From the NCBI GenBank assembly GCA_041397625.1, contig JAWKWH010000005.1, positions 86,271-150,270 of the forward strand: DNA of 64,000 nucleotides. The letters are read 5' to 3'. Made by a program: the position numbers and the translations under genes. Positions 9,115-18,975 of this stretch are shown one piece after another. This DNA comes from Rhizobiaceae bacterium (lineage in GTDB: Bacteria > Pseudomonadota > Alphaproteobacteria > Rhizobiales > Rhizobiaceae). Under the pieces are notes generated by a model. The model made no database searches, was not told the DNA's origin, and saw only the letters and a program-made list of their open reading frames with translations. The stretch's first letter is position 1. Every line of letters starts with the position of its first letter.

Positions 9115-10587
9115 TCAGGCCGCCGCGCCGCGCCGGATTGTCGCCCCGGCTGCGCCATTCTGTTCCATGACAAAGCGGCGCAGCAGGTTCTTCGCCGTCA
9201 GCATGCGATATTCCGCGCTGGCGCGCATGTCGCTGATCGGCTGGAAGTCCGATTCCAGGGCCGTCACTGCATCGGCGATCGATTGATCGTCGAGCGCCTT
9301 GCCGACAAGGGCCTTTTCGGCGTTCCCAGCCCGTTTGGGCGTCGCCGCCATGCCGCCAAAACAGATTGCCGCCTCGGAAACCGTGCCATCGTCGCTGAGC
9401 CGAACGCGGATGGCTACGCAGACCGACGAGATATCCTCGTCGCGGCGCTTGGAGATCTTGTAGGCGGCAAACCGGTCGCCGGCGCCAGGTAGCGGCACGT
9501 CGATGCGCTCGACGAAATCGCCGGTCTCGCGGTCCTGCTTGCCATAGGCGATGAAGAACTTCTCCAAGGGCAGCGTCCGGCGTTTTCCGCCACGGCGCAA
9601 TGTCACCGTGGCGCCGAGCGCGATCAGCGGCGGCGGCGTGTCGCCGATCGGCGAACCGTTGGCGACATTGCCGCCGATCGTGCCCATGTTGCGCACCTGC
9701 TCGCCGCCGATCCGCTCCCAGAAACCCGACAATTGTGGAATATGCTTGCTGATCGTGTCGAAGGCCTGCGTGTAGGTGACGCCGGCACCAATGGCGATCG
9801 TACCGTCGCCGACACTGATCTCCTGCAACTCGGCGAGGTGGCCGATGAACACAGCCGGCGAAATTTCACGCATGAATTTCGTCACCCAAAGCCCGACATC
9901 GGTCGAACCGGCAACGATCGTCGCCTGAGGATGCTCTTCCAGAACCGCCGCCAGGTCGTCGGCGCTGGCCGGCACGATGATACGGTTTTCGTCCGGCCCG
10001 CATTCCACCCGGTTCCCGTCGGCAAGTTCCTTGAGTTTCGCGGTAACCGCCTCGCGCTCCCGGACCAGCGGGTCGTCCCCCGGCAGGCCGATCTTGCCGG
10101 CCGCCCTGGCCGCGCGCACGATCGGCGCATAGCCGGTGCAGCGGCACAGATTGCCCTGCAATGCCTTCTCCACCGCATGGTCATCGGGCGAGGGATTTCC
10201 CATCCAGAGCCCGTAGAGCGACATGACGAAGCCCGGGGTGCAGAAGCCGCATTGCGAGCCATGGTGGTCGACCATCGCCTGTTGCACCGGGTGCAGCGCG
10301 CCGTCCGTGCCGCGCAGATGCTCGACCGTCACCACATGACAGCCGTCAAGCGACCCGACGAAGCGGATGCAGGCATTCACGGTCTCGTAAACCAGTTCGC
10401 CGCCGAGCAGCCGGCCGACCAGCACCGTGCAGGCACCGCAATCGCCCTCCGCGCAACCTTCCTTGGTGCCGCGCAGGCGCCGTTCGAGCCTCAGATAGTC
10501 CAGCAATGTGTCGGACGCGCCCGCCGACCGGACCGACACCGGTTCGTCGTTGAGCAGGAAGCGGATTTCGTTACGGGGTTTGGCCAT
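9115..10587 (-). CDS. xdhA: Xanthine dehydrogenase Fe-S/FAD-binding subunit
   Basis: Two 2Fe-2S motifs (CAEGDCGACTV, CRCTGYAPI) followed by an FAD-binding CO-dehydrogenase-flavoprotein-type domain. Confidence 0.9.
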   Translation of the reverse strand: MAKPRNEIRFLLNDEPVSVRSAGASDTLLDYLRLERRLRGTKEGCAEGDCGACTVLVGRLLGGELVYETVNACIRFVGSLDGCHVVTVEHLRGTDGALHPVQQAMVDHHGSQCGFCTPGFVMSLYGLWMGNPSPDDHAVEKALQGNLCRCTGYAPIVRAARAAGKIGLPGDDPLVREREAVTAKLKELADGNRVECGPDENRIIVPASADDLAAVLEEHPQATIVAGSTDVGLWVTKFMREISPAVFIGHLAELQEISVGDGTIAIGAGVTYTQAFDTISKHIPQLSGFWERIGGEQVRNMGTIGGNVANGSPIGDTPPPLIALGATVTLRRGGKRRTLPLEKFFIAYGKQDRETGDFVERIDVPLPGAGDRFAAYKISKRRDEDISSVCVAIRVRLSDDGTVSEAAICFGGMAATPKRAGNAEKALVGKALDDQSIADAVTALESDFQPISDMRASAEYRMLTAKNLLRRFVMEQNGAAGATIRRGAAA

Positions 10588-10593
10588 GCCGGT

Positions 10594-10950
10594 TCAGCTC
10601 CCGCGATAAGTCGAATAGCCGTAGGGAGAGACGAGCAGCGGCACATGGTAATGCGCCGAAGCATCGCCGACTCCGAAACGGACAGGAACGACATTGAGGA
10701 AGGCGACGCCGCCGCCGCCGATATAGTCTCCGGCGTGAAACCGAAGCTCGTATTCGCCGATCCGGAAATCGGCACCCGCCAGCATGGGACCGTCTGTGCG
10801 CCCATCGTCATTGGTGCGCACCGACTTGACAAGTTCAGCCTCGTCGCCGTCGACGCGGTAGAGGTCGATCCGCATATCCGCGGCCGGGCACCCCTTGGCG
10901 GTGTCCAACACGTGGGTGGTCAGGCGGCCGTCCGCCGATCCGTCGCTCAT
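10594..10950 (-). CDS. hiuH: 5-hydroxyisourate hydrolase (transthyretin-like)
   Basis: ORF trimmed to ATG 10950. TTHVLD N-terminus and C-terminal YRGS signature. Stop is 6 nt before the xdhA start. Confidence 0.88.
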   Translation of the reverse strand: MSDGSADGRLTTHVLDTAKGCPAADMRIDLYRVDGDEAELVKSVRTNDDGRTDGPMLAGADFRIGEYELRFHAGDYIGGGGVAFLNVVPVRFGVGDASAHYHVPLLVSPYGYSTYRGS

Positions 10951-11149
10951 CTGGTCGTTCCTCCACTGGCCTGCAAACAACGTACTATGACGCGCCGCCC
11001 GGTCGGTGAAAATTGCCGGAGCATTGTAGCACTTTCAAAATTTCCAAGAGGATCAATCGCCGATTTCCCGAAACACGCGGCAAAACGGGACGATATCGCC
11101 GCTATCCGGGCGGGCCAGCGGCTTGTTCCCGCACATTGTTACAGGCCGC

Positions 11150-11815
11150 TCAGCCGGTCGCCGCGGCCGGCAGCAGCCGCGCGCCGGTCGCTTCCGCCAC
11201 CTCGTCGAAGCTGACGCCAGGCGCCAGCTTCGCCAGGCGGAACCCGTCGGGCGTGACATCGACGACGGCGAGATCGGAATAGATACGACTGACGACCCCG
11301 CTGCCGGTCAGCGGATAGGTACACTTCTCGACCAGCTTCGCCGCACCGTCCTTGGTCACATGTTGCGTGATGACGAAAATCGTCCTGACGCCGGCCACCA
11401 GGTCCATCGCACCACCAACGGCGGGGATTGCGTCCGCCGCCCCGGTCGACCAGTTGGCGAGGTCGCCTTTCTCGGAGACCTGCATCGCGCCCAGTACGCA
11501 TACATCGATATGCCCGCCGCGTATCATCGCGAAACTGTCGGCATGATGGAAATAACTGGCGCCCGGCACCACGGTCACCGCCTTCTTGCCGGCATTGATC
11601 AGTTCGGGATCCTCCTCGCCCGGCGCCGGCGACGGACCCATGCCGAGCAGGCCGTTCTCGGTGTGGTAGGTGAACTCGCGCCCCTCGGGCACATATCTGG
11701 CCACCAGTTCCGGAATGCCGATCCCGAGATTGACGTAGGAACCGTCCGGTATATCGGCGGCGGCCAGTTCCGCCATCTGCTCGCGGCTCCAGCCGCGGTT
11801 CTGCCGCTCGCTCAT
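11150..11815 (-). CDS. scoB: 3-oxoacid CoA-transferase subunit B
   Basis: Family I CoA-transferase beta subunit with the catalytic-Glu motif TENGLLGMGP. ATGA overlap with scoA. Confidence 0.88.
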   Translation of the reverse strand: MSERQNRGWSREQMAELAAADIPDGSYVNLGIGIPELVARYVPEGREFTYHTENGLLGMGPSPAPGEEDPELINAGKKAVTVVPGASYFHHADSFAMIRGGHIDVCVLGAMQVSEKGDLANWSTGAADAIPAVGGAMDLVAGVRTIFVITQHVTKDGAAKLVEKCTYPLTGSGVVSRIYSDLAVVDVTPDGFRLAKLAPGVSFDEVAEATGARLLPAAATG

Positions 11816-12522
11816 GGATAATGCGCCCCTTGCGCGATCAGTTCCGACTCGACCAGCGGGCTGGAGACTTCGACGATACGGTCGACGAAGATGCCGGGCG
11901 TGATCACGTGTTCGGGATCGATCTGCCCGGCAGCAACCAGCTTTCTTGCCTGGACAACGGTGGTGCGCGCCGCCATCGCCATGATCGGATTGAAGTTGCG
12001 CGCCGTCTTGTTGAAGACGAGATTGCCCTTCCCGTCGGCGATCTCGCTCTTGATTAGCGCGAAATCAGCCTTCAGTCCGTATTCCAGCACGTAAGCGCGC
12101 CCGTCGATGGTTCGCACCTCCTTGCCCTCGGCCAGCGGCGTGCCCACCGTGGTCGCCGTATAGAAGGCGGGAATGCCCGCACCGCCGGCGCGGATACGCT
12201 CGGCCAGCGTGCCCTGCGGCACAAGCTCGAGCTCGATCCTGCCGGCCCGGTAGAGTTCGGGAAACACCTTCGAGTGGCTCGACCGCGGATAGGAGCAGAT
12301 CATCTTCGCAACCTGGCCGTTGCCGATGAGCGCCGCCAGCCCCACCGCGCCGTTGCCGGTATTGTTGTTGATCACCGTCAGCGCGCGCGCGCCATGGTCG
12401 ATCAGCGCGTGGATCAGCTCGACCGGGCTTCCGGCCTCGCCGAAACCGCCGACCATCACAACCGCGCCGTCACCGATGTCGGCGATCGCATCGGCGGGAT
12501 TGTCGCGGATTTTCTGCTTCAT
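11812..12522 (-). CDS. scoA: 3-oxoacid CoA-transferase subunit A
   Basis: Family I CoA-transferase alpha subunit (GGFGEAGSPVELI, CSYPRSS). Confidence 0.88.
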   Translation of the reverse strand: MKQKIRDNPADAIADIGDGAVVMVGGFGEAGSPVELIHALIDHGARALTVINNNTGNGAVGLAALIGNGQVAKMICSYPRSSHSKVFPELYRAGRIELELVPQGTLAERIRAGGAGIPAFYTATTVGTPLAEGKEVRTIDGRAYVLEYGLKADFALIKSEIADGKGNLVFNKTARNFNPIMAMAARTTVVQARKLVAAGQIDPEHVITPGIFVDRIVEVSSPLVESELIAQGAHYP

Positions 12523-12633
12523 GCGTCACACCTCGTCCCCGGCGATATCGCCTGGTCGATATCCGTCATCGTGCTTGCCTCCATGCCGGGCCCCTTGTGG
12601 TCAACCGGTATTGGGCGGCAAGTCAAGGTGTTT

Positions 12634-12652
12634 TAGAGCAGTTCATCTTTAG
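12634..12652. repeat. Solo copy of the MITE terminal repeat (TA + GAGCaGTTCATCTTTAG)
   Basis: 16/17 match to the inverted repeats of the MITE at 24593-24898, also preceded by TA. No partner repeat nearby. Confidence 0.5.
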
Positions 12653-12662
12653 CTGGTGTCGT

Positions 12663-13829
12663 TCAGTTTAACGCAACGCCGCCCTGCCAGATCTGTCCGA
12701 CCCTGAACCGGTCGTCGAGATGGACGAAGTCCGCCCGCGCTCCGGGCCGCAAATGGCCGTGATGGTCCGCGCCGATGCACTCGGCCGGATAGGCCGTCGC
12801 CATCTTCAGAGCTTCTTCGATACCGACACCGACCTTGTCGACCATGAACGCAACGGCGCCTACCATGTCGAGATCGGCACCGGCAAGCGTACCGTCGGCG
12901 AGCGTCAGCCGGCCGTCCTTGCGATATATGGTGCGTCCGCCGAGCTTGAACGAGGTAAGCTCCGAACCGGTCACCGCCATTGCATCGCTGACCAGGAATA
13001 TTTTTCCCGGGCCGGTCTTGGCGGCAAGTGCGATCCGTATCGCGGCGACATCGACGTGATATCCGTCGGCGATCAGACCGGCATAAAGTTCGCCGGTCGT
13101 AAGCGCCGCGCCCACCATGCCCGGCTCGCGATGTGTGAGCGGGCTCATGGCATTGAAGAGATGGGTGACGCAGCGCGCTCCGGCTCGCGCCGCTTCCCGC
13201 GCCGCGCCAAGCCCGGCATCCGTATGGCCGAGGCTGATCACCACACCGGCCCTTGTCAGTACGGCAATCTGCGCCGGGGTTACGGATTCCGGCGCCACCG
13301 TCACCTTCAGATGCGGCAACAGTCCGGCCGCCGCCAACAGAAGCTCCAGGTCGTCATCCGTCATGGCACGTATCAGCGCCGGGTCGTGTGCGCCTTTGCG
13401 CGCCACCGAAAGATGCGGTCCCTCCAGATGCAGGCCGAGAAAGCCGGCAACGCGCTCATCGTTGGCGACGACGGCTGCTTCGACCGCCGCACGCACCTTT
13501 TCGGGCGTGTCGGTGATCAGCGTCGGCAGGATCGCCGTGGTTCCGAGTGCGGCGTGCGCCCGGCAAATCGCTTTGATGGTCTCGACCGAGGGATCGTCGT
13601 TGAGCATGCGGCCGCCGCCGCCATTGACCTGCAGATCGACAAAGCCCGGAACCAGCATGCCCGTATCGAGCCGGACGACCTCGCCGCCGGCCAGATCGGC
13701 GCGGCGCTCGATTTCTGCCGGTCCGACGATCTCCGCGACCATCCCGTCCTCGACCACTACGGCGGCGTCCTTGCAAAACGCCTCCCCGTCGAAGATCCTG
13801 CCCGCCTTGACTATGGTCCGGCCGTTCAT
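12663..13829 (-). CDS. nagA: N-acetylglucosamine-6-phosphate deacetylase
   Basis: Amidohydrolase motifs GFVDLQVNGGGG, HLEGPHL, THLFNAM. Confidence 0.9.
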   Translation of the reverse strand: MNGRTIVKAGRIFDGEAFCKDAAVVVEDGMVAEIVGPAEIERRADLAGGEVVRLDTGMLVPGFVDLQVNGGGGRMLNDDPSVETIKAICRAHAALGTTAILPTLITDTPEKVRAAVEAAVVANDERVAGFLGLHLEGPHLSVARKGAHDPALIRAMTDDDLELLLAAAGLLPHLKVTVAPESVTPAQIAVLTRAGVVISLGHTDAGLGAAREAARAGARCVTHLFNAMSPLTHREPGMVGAALTTGELYAGLIADGYHVDVAAIRIALAAKTGPGKIFLVSDAMAVTGSELTSFKLGGRTIYRKDGRLTLADGTLAGADLDMVGAVAFMVDKVGVGIEEALKMATAYPAECIGADHHGHLRPGARADFVHLDDRFRVGQIWQGGVALN

Positions 13830-14869
13830 ACCGTCTTGGTCACCTTGGCCAGATGCGGCGGCTGATCCGGGTTCATTCCCCGCCGGCGCGCCAGTTCCTC
13901 GATGAAGGCGTAAAAGCTGACAATGGTCGACAGCGGATCGGTCAACGGGTGGCCGGTCGCCACCGTCGCAAGTTCATGGGTGCCTGAGAGCTTCTCGGCT
14001 GTCGTGTGGACGTCGGCGCCGCTGCTGACAAGCCGTTCGATCGCGCCGGCGGTCGCCTCGCGCGTTGCGTCGCGGCCGGCAAGCACCAGCACCGGAAAAC
14101 CCTGGCCGACGATCGACACGGGCCCATGCATGACCTCGGCCGCGCTGTAGGATTCAGCGTGAATCTGGCAGGTCTCCTTGAACTTCAGCGCCACCTCGTT
14201 GGCGATCGAGTAGGTCGGGCCGCGGCCAAGCACGTAAAGCGAGTCCTCGTCTGCCATGCGCTCCAGCAGCCCATCCCAGCGGATCGACGTTGCCTCGGCG
14301 CACTGGCCCGGCAGCGCATGCATCGCATCGAGCAGCTCGCCGTCCTCGAGCCAGTGCGCCAAAAGCAGCAGGCCCGCCGCCAGAGAATTGACGAAGGTCT
14401 TGGTCGCAGCGACGCTTTTTTCCGGTCCCGCAGCAATGTCGAACGTGTAGTCGCAGACATTCGCCAGCGCCGAGCCGGTGTCGTTGGTGATCGCGATCGT
14501 CAGCGCGCCACCCAGCCGGCCCTGGCGTGCCGATTCGACGATATCGGGACTGCCGCCCGATTGCGAGATCGCGAGGCCGAGCGAATTGGCGAGCCGCAAC
14601 TTGGCGCCATAGATCGACGCGACCGATGGTCCGAGCGATGCGACGGCAAGACCGGCATGAATCTCGATTGCATATTTCAGGTAGCTCGCGCAGTGGTCCG
14701 ACGAACCGCGGGCAATGGTGGTGACGAAACTCGGTTCGAGCTGGCGCAGGCGCTCGGCAGCGCGCTCGATCTCGACCGAGCTTTCCTCGATCAACCGCTC
14801 CAGCGCCGCGGGGATTTGCCGGATTTCCCGCCACATCTGCGTCGGAGCGTCACGTGTTGGATCGTTCAT
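13826..14869 (-). CDS. SIS-domain protein, probable glucosamine-6-phosphate deaminase (NagB-II / GlmS isomerase-like)
   Basis: Two SIS domains, no glutaminase domain. ATGA overlaps with nagA and with the GntR regulator gene. Confidence 0.8.
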   Translation of the reverse strand: MNDPTRDAPTQMWREIRQIPAALERLIEESSVEIERAAERLRQLEPSFVTTIARGSSDHCASYLKYAIEIHAGLAVASLGPSVASIYGAKLRLANSLGLAISQSGGSPDIVESARQGRLGGALTIAITNDTGSALANVCDYTFDIAAGPEKSVAATKTFVNSLAAGLLLLAHWLEDGELLDAMHALPGQCAEATSIRWDGLLERMADEDSLYVLGRGPTYSIANEVALKFKETCQIHAESYSAAEVMHGPVSIVGQGFPVLVLAGRDATREATAGAIERLVSSGADVHTTAEKLSGTHELATVATGHPLTDPLSTIVSFYAFIEELARRRGMNPDQPPHLAKVTKTV

Positions 14870-15636
14870 TTGGTAGCTCCGGGAATATCGAGCTCGGCGA
14901 CGAACTCGTAGGCATCGCCGCGATAGCGCGACAGGGTGAACTCCACTACCTGACCCGATGCCAGATAGGAGATGCGCTCAATGCTCAGGCCGGCGGCGTT
15001 TTCGCTGACTTGCAACAGTTCGGCATCCGCCGTGTTCAGGGTAACGGCGGTGATGCGCTGGATCGCACGGACCGGTTTGAAGCCACGCGCATCGAGATAT
15101 TCGTAAAGCGATCCCCCAACCTGCTCCGGTTCGGGTACATAGTCCGGCGACAGAGAGGCGCGCTCGATCGCCAGCGGCGTGTCATCGGCAAAGCGCAGCC
15201 GCGAAATCCGCGCCACCTTGTCGTGAGGTTTGAGTCCGAGCGTTATCGTCTCGTCCAGCGACGGCGCCACAAGACCCCGCTCCAGCCATTGCGAACGTAC
15301 TTTTTTTCCTCGCAGCGCCATGTCTTCGCTGAAGGAGGTGAGCCTTGTCAGCGACTGCTCGACCCGGTCGACCGCCGGCGATACCGAGGTGCCGGAACCC
15401 TGGCGCTGGACGAGGAGCCCGTTGCGCGCCAGATCCTGAACGGCCTTGCGTACGGTTATGCGTGACATGCCGCTGATTTCGGCCAGATCGCGTTCCGAGG
15501 GTAACGCCTCTCCGGGTTTGACGCTGCCGTTGCGGATCGCCTCCTCGATGTGTTCGCGCAACTGCACGTAGATCGGTCCCTTGCCCTTACGCACCCAGCT
15601 TGCCGCGCGCAGAGTGTCTGCAAGGGTGCCGCTCAC
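14866..15636 (-). CDS. GntR/HutC-family transcriptional regulator of the GlcNAc locus (NagQ/NagR-like)
   Basis: ORF 14866..15744 trimmed to GTG 15636, which overlaps the nagK stop (GTGA). wHTH (LPSERDLAEISGMSRITVRKAV) plus a UTRA effector domain. Confidence 0.82.
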   Translation of the reverse strand: MSGTLADTLRAASWVRKGKGPIYVQLREHIEEAIRNGSVKPGEALPSERDLAEISGMSRITVRKAVQDLARNGLLVQRQGSGTSVSPAVDRVEQSLTRLTSFSEDMALRGKKVRSQWLERGLVAPSLDETITLGLKPHDKVARISRLRFADDTPLAIERASLSPDYVPEPEQVGGSLYEYLDARGFKPVRAIQRITAVTLNTADAELLQVSENAAGLSIERISYLASGQVVEFTLSRYRGDAYEFVAELDIPGATK

Positions 15637-16523
15637 CGCGCATCTCCCGCCGGCGCAAATCGCTTCAAGGCCAGTGTCACTGCGCCGTCGACTGCTTCGC
15701 CCAGCGGTTCGACGAGGTTCTGCCGGTACGCTTCGCCGACCCAATCACGGTATTTCCGGCCGAGCCCGCCGAGAAAACAGAGCGGCAGATCGCGACCTGC
15801 CAGGATCGCATCCAGCATTTCCTCCACATCGCTCACGGCCTGCATGAGAATGCTGCGCGCCGCCGTGTCGTTCTGGCTGGAATATTCAAACACCATCGGC
15901 GCAAAAGTTCCGAACGCCGCCGGCCTGGCCGCATGAACGAATTCGACAATGGCCTGGGGGTCGTTGTCGAAATGTTTGAGCACGGCTTCCATAAGGGGCG
16001 TTTGCGCATGGACGCCGTCATGCACCAGCAATGCTTCCTGCAGGAGGCTGCGGCCGAGCCGCGCGCCGCTACCCAGATCGCCGACGATGAAGCCCCAGCC
16101 GCCGATCGAGCGAATGTGCCCCGCCGAGCGCGATATGAAAACCGAGCCGGTACCGATGATCGCCACTGCGCCGTCGGAGTCGCCAAGCGCGCCCTGCAGA
16201 GCGATCGCCGCGTCCGTTCCGATCGCGCAACTGCGAAACGGCAGCACAGCCGCGATGCGCTCGCCAAAGTCGCCCACATTGGCTCCGGCGACGCCCAGAA
16301 AGGCATCTGAAGCGACCAGCGCGCACTCGTCCAGCCCGGCATCGTCGAGTGCCCGTCTGCATGCTTCGACGATGTTGTCACGCGCGCCTTCGAGGTTTGT
16401 CATGATGTTCGACGGGCCGGCCTTGCCCTGGCCCAGCCTGTTGCCGTCGGCGTCGCACACAACGGCACGGCAACCCGTTCCGCCGCCGTCAATGCCGAAA
16501 ATTGGATGCGCAAGCTGGATCAT
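15633..16523 (-). CDS. nagK: N-acetylglucosamine kinase (BadF/BadG/BcrA/BcrD ATPase family)
   Basis: ORF trimmed to ATG 16523. GIDGGGTGCR phosphate-1 motif. Genomic context. Confidence 0.8.
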   Translation of the reverse strand: MIQLAHPIFGIDGGGTGCRAVVCDADGNRLGQGKAGPSNIMTNLEGARDNIVEACRRALDDAGLDECALVASDAFLGVAGANVGDFGERIAAVLPFRSCAIGTDAAIALQGALGDSDGAVAIIGTGSVFISRSAGHIRSIGGWGFIVGDLGSGARLGRSLLQEALLVHDGVHAQTPLMEAVLKHFDNDPQAIVEFVHAARPAAFGTFAPMVFEYSSQNDTAARSILMQAVSDVEEMLDAILAGRDLPLCFLGGLGRKYRDWVGEAYRQNLVEPLGEAVDGAVTLALKRFAPAGDAR

Positions 16524-16531
16524 TCCTTCAT

Positions 16532-16549
16532 AATACCATTTTGATACCA
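16532..16549 (-). promoter_or_regulatory. Candidate NagQ-type operator TGGTATCAAAATGGTATT
   Basis: 7-4-7 direct repeat read on the minus strand, 8 nt upstream of the nagK ATG. Confidence 0.65.
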
Positions 16550-16664
16550 ATAACCAAGCGGTTTTTTCGAAAACTTCGCAATTCCACTAAATAACGGATA
16601 TTACAGTATTTTATTTTCCAGACATGGTAAATAACTGCTTAACGGGTAATTACCTCTGGACAAA

Positions 16665-16682
16665 TGGTATTAAAATGGTATT
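16665..16682 (+). promoter_or_regulatory. Candidate NagQ-type operator TGGTATTAAAATGGTATT
   Basis: Perfect 7-4-7 direct repeat, 22 nt upstream of the murQ ATG. Confidence 0.65.
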
Positions 16683-16704
16683 CTATGCGTCGTGGAGGAT
16701 CACA

Positions 16705-17592
16705 ATGCCGGTATCGACAACCGAATCCGTCAACAGCAGGTCTGTGGGTCTCGATACCCTTGCGCCGCGCAATATTCTGTCGATCCTGCTCGACGGTCAT
16801 ATCGCCGCTATCGGTACGGTTGAGAAGGCGCTCGCCGAGGTCGAGGCGGCAGCCGAAGCAATGGCGCGGACAGTTGAGGCCGACGGAACCATCGCCTACG
16901 CCGCCGCCGGCAGCTCCGCCCTGATGGCGATGGCCGACAGCCTGGAACTGCCCGGTACGTTCGGCATTCCCAGCGATCGCGTGCGCATCATGATCGCGGG
17001 CGGCGTATCCAGCCTGTCGGACCTGGTCGGCGGCACTGAAGACGATGCAGCGCAGGCCGCGCGCGATGTCGCCGGCATCGGCCCCGGCGACTGCATTATC
17101 TGCGTATCGGCAAGCGGCCGCACGCCCTACACCCTGGCCGCCCTGCGGGCGGCATCGAAGGCCGGCGCCATGACCCTCGCCATCGCCAACAATCCCGGCG
17201 CACCCCTTCTCGACGAAGCGGAAATCGCCATTCTGTTGTCGACGCCGCCGGAAATCGTCGCCGGTTCGACCAGGCTTGGCGCTGCAACGGCACAAAAGGC
17301 GGCGCTGAACATGATGTCGACGCTGATGGCGGTGCGGCTGGGCCATATCCATGATGGCCACATGATCAACCTGCGCGCCGATAACGACAAACTGCGCCGA
17401 CGGGCGCGAAGGATCGTAAGCGAGCTGGGCGGCTGCGACGAGGATACTTCCGGCCGGATGCTTGAACAGTCCGGCGGTTCGGTCAAGCATGCAATCCTGC
17501 TCGCCATCGGCGTGCCCGACATGGACAGGGCGGGCGAACTGCTTGCGCACAACCAGGGAAATTTGCGCCGGGCGCTTGCATCGCTTGCATAA
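16705..17592 (+). CDS. murQ: N-acetylmuramic acid 6-phosphate etherase
   Basis: ORF 16624..17592 trimmed to ATG 16705. SIS-domain MurQ family (LDTL...ILS, AAGSSALMA, SASGRTPY, GSTRLGAATAQK). Confidence 0.88.
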   Translation: MPVSTTESVNSRSVGLDTLAPRNILSILLDGHIAAIGTVEKALAEVEAAAEAMARTVEADGTIAYAAAGSSALMAMADSLELPGTFGIPSDRVRIMIAGGVSSLSDLVGGTEDDAAQAARDVAGIGPGDCIICVSASGRTPYTLAALRAASKAGAMTLAIANNPGAPLLDEAEIAILLSTPPEIVAGSTRLGAATAQKAALNMMSTLMAVRLGHIHDGHMINLRADNDKLRRRARRIVSELGGCDEDTSGRMLEQSGGSVKHAILLAIGVPDMDRAGELLAHNQGNLRRALASLA

Positions 17593-17641
17593 CGGCATTT
17601 GACTTCAATCACGCCCGAGGGGCGTAAACAGGGAGAAGACC

Positions 17642-18898
17642 ATGAAGAATTCCGCAATCATGCTGACACTGCTCGGCTCGACCATTCTCGCGGCCGGCAG
17701 CGCATCCGCCCAGGATGTTACGCTTACCATCGAGAGCTGGCGCAACGACGATCTAGCCATCTGGCAGGAGAAGATCATTCCGGCCTTCGAGGCCAACCAT
17801 CCCGGCATCAAGGTGCAGTTCACCCCATCCGCGCCGGCCGAATACAATGCGGCGCTGAACTCCAAGCTCGAGGCCGGTTCGGCCGGTGATCTCATCTCCT
17901 GCCGGCCTTTCGACGCCTCGCTTGCGCTCTACAAAGCCGGCCATCTGTCCGATCTTTCCGGTCTGGGCGCGATGGCCAACTTTTCCGACGTTGCGAAATC
18001 GGCCTGGCAGACCGACGACGGTTCGGCCACCTTCTGCGTACCGGTGGCATCCGTGATCCACGGTTTCATCTACAATAAGGATGCCTTTGCCGAACTCGGC
18101 CTCGAAGTGCCGGCCACGGTCGACGAGTTCTTCGCTGCGCTCGACAAGATCAAGGAAGACGGTACCTATGTTCCCATGGCGATGGGCACCAACGACCAGT
18201 GGGAAGCCGCGACCATGGGCTACCAGAATATCGGACCCAACTACTGGAAAGGTGAGGAAGGCCGCCTGGCGCTGATCAAGGGCGAGCAGAAACTCACCGA
18301 CGATGACTGGGTCGAGCCCTATCGTGTTCTTGCCCGGTGGAAGGATTATCTGGGCGACGGCTTCGAGGCCCAGACCTATCCCGACAGCCAGAACATGTTC
18401 ACGCTCGGTCGCGCGGCAATCTACCCCGCCGGATCGTGGGAGATCAGCGGATTCAACACCCAGGCCGATTTCGAGATGGGCGCATTCCCGCCGCCGGTCG
18501 CCAACGCCGGCGACGATTGCTACATTTCCGATCATACCGATATCGCCATCGGCATGAATGCCAAGACCGCCAATCCCGATGCAGCCAGGACGTTCCTGGA
18601 ATGGGTCGGCTCGACGGAATTTGCCTCGCTCTACGCCAACGCGCTGCCGGGCTTCTTCTCGTTGAACTCCACGGCGGTGGAGATGGCCGATCCGCTGGCC
18701 CAGGAATTCGTCGGCTGGCGCGGCAAGTGCAAGTCGACCATCCGCTCGACTTACCAGATCCTGTCGCGCGGCACGCCGAACCTGGAAAACGAGACCTGGA
18801 ACGCCTCGGCCAACGTGATCAAGGGTACCGAGACGCCGGAAGACGCCGGCAAGCGCCTGCAGGACGGGCTTGCCTCCTGGTACGACCCGCAGAAGTAG
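17642..18898 (+). CDS. Sugar ABC transporter substrate-binding protein (family 1), probable amino-sugar importer
   Basis: Signal peptide MKNSAIMLTLLGSTILAAGSASA. Extracellular solute-binding family 1 fold. Context with murQ/nag genes. Confidence 0.85.
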   Translation: MKNSAIMLTLLGSTILAAGSASAQDVTLTIESWRNDDLAIWQEKIIPAFEANHPGIKVQFTPSAPAEYNAALNSKLEAGSAGDLISCRPFDASLALYKAGHLSDLSGLGAMANFSDVAKSAWQTDDGSATFCVPVASVIHGFIYNKDAFAELGLEVPATVDEFFAALDKIKEDGTYVPMAMGTNDQWEAATMGYQNIGPNYWKGEEGRLALIKGEQKLTDDDWVEPYRVLARWKDYLGDGFEAQTYPDSQNMFTLGRAAIYPAGSWEISGFNTQADFEMGAFPPPVANAGDDCYISDHTDIAIGMNAKTANPDAARTFLEWVGSTEFASLYANALPGFFSLNSTAVEMADPLAQEFVGWRGKCKSTIRSTYQILSRGTPNLENETWNASANVIKGTETPEDAGKRLQDGLASWYDPQK

Positions 18899-18975
18899 TC
18901 AGAAGCCATCATTGCGGGCCGGATGAGCTCCGGCCCGCAACAGACGCCCAAGCGCGTTGGGAGGGAGAGAAGGTT

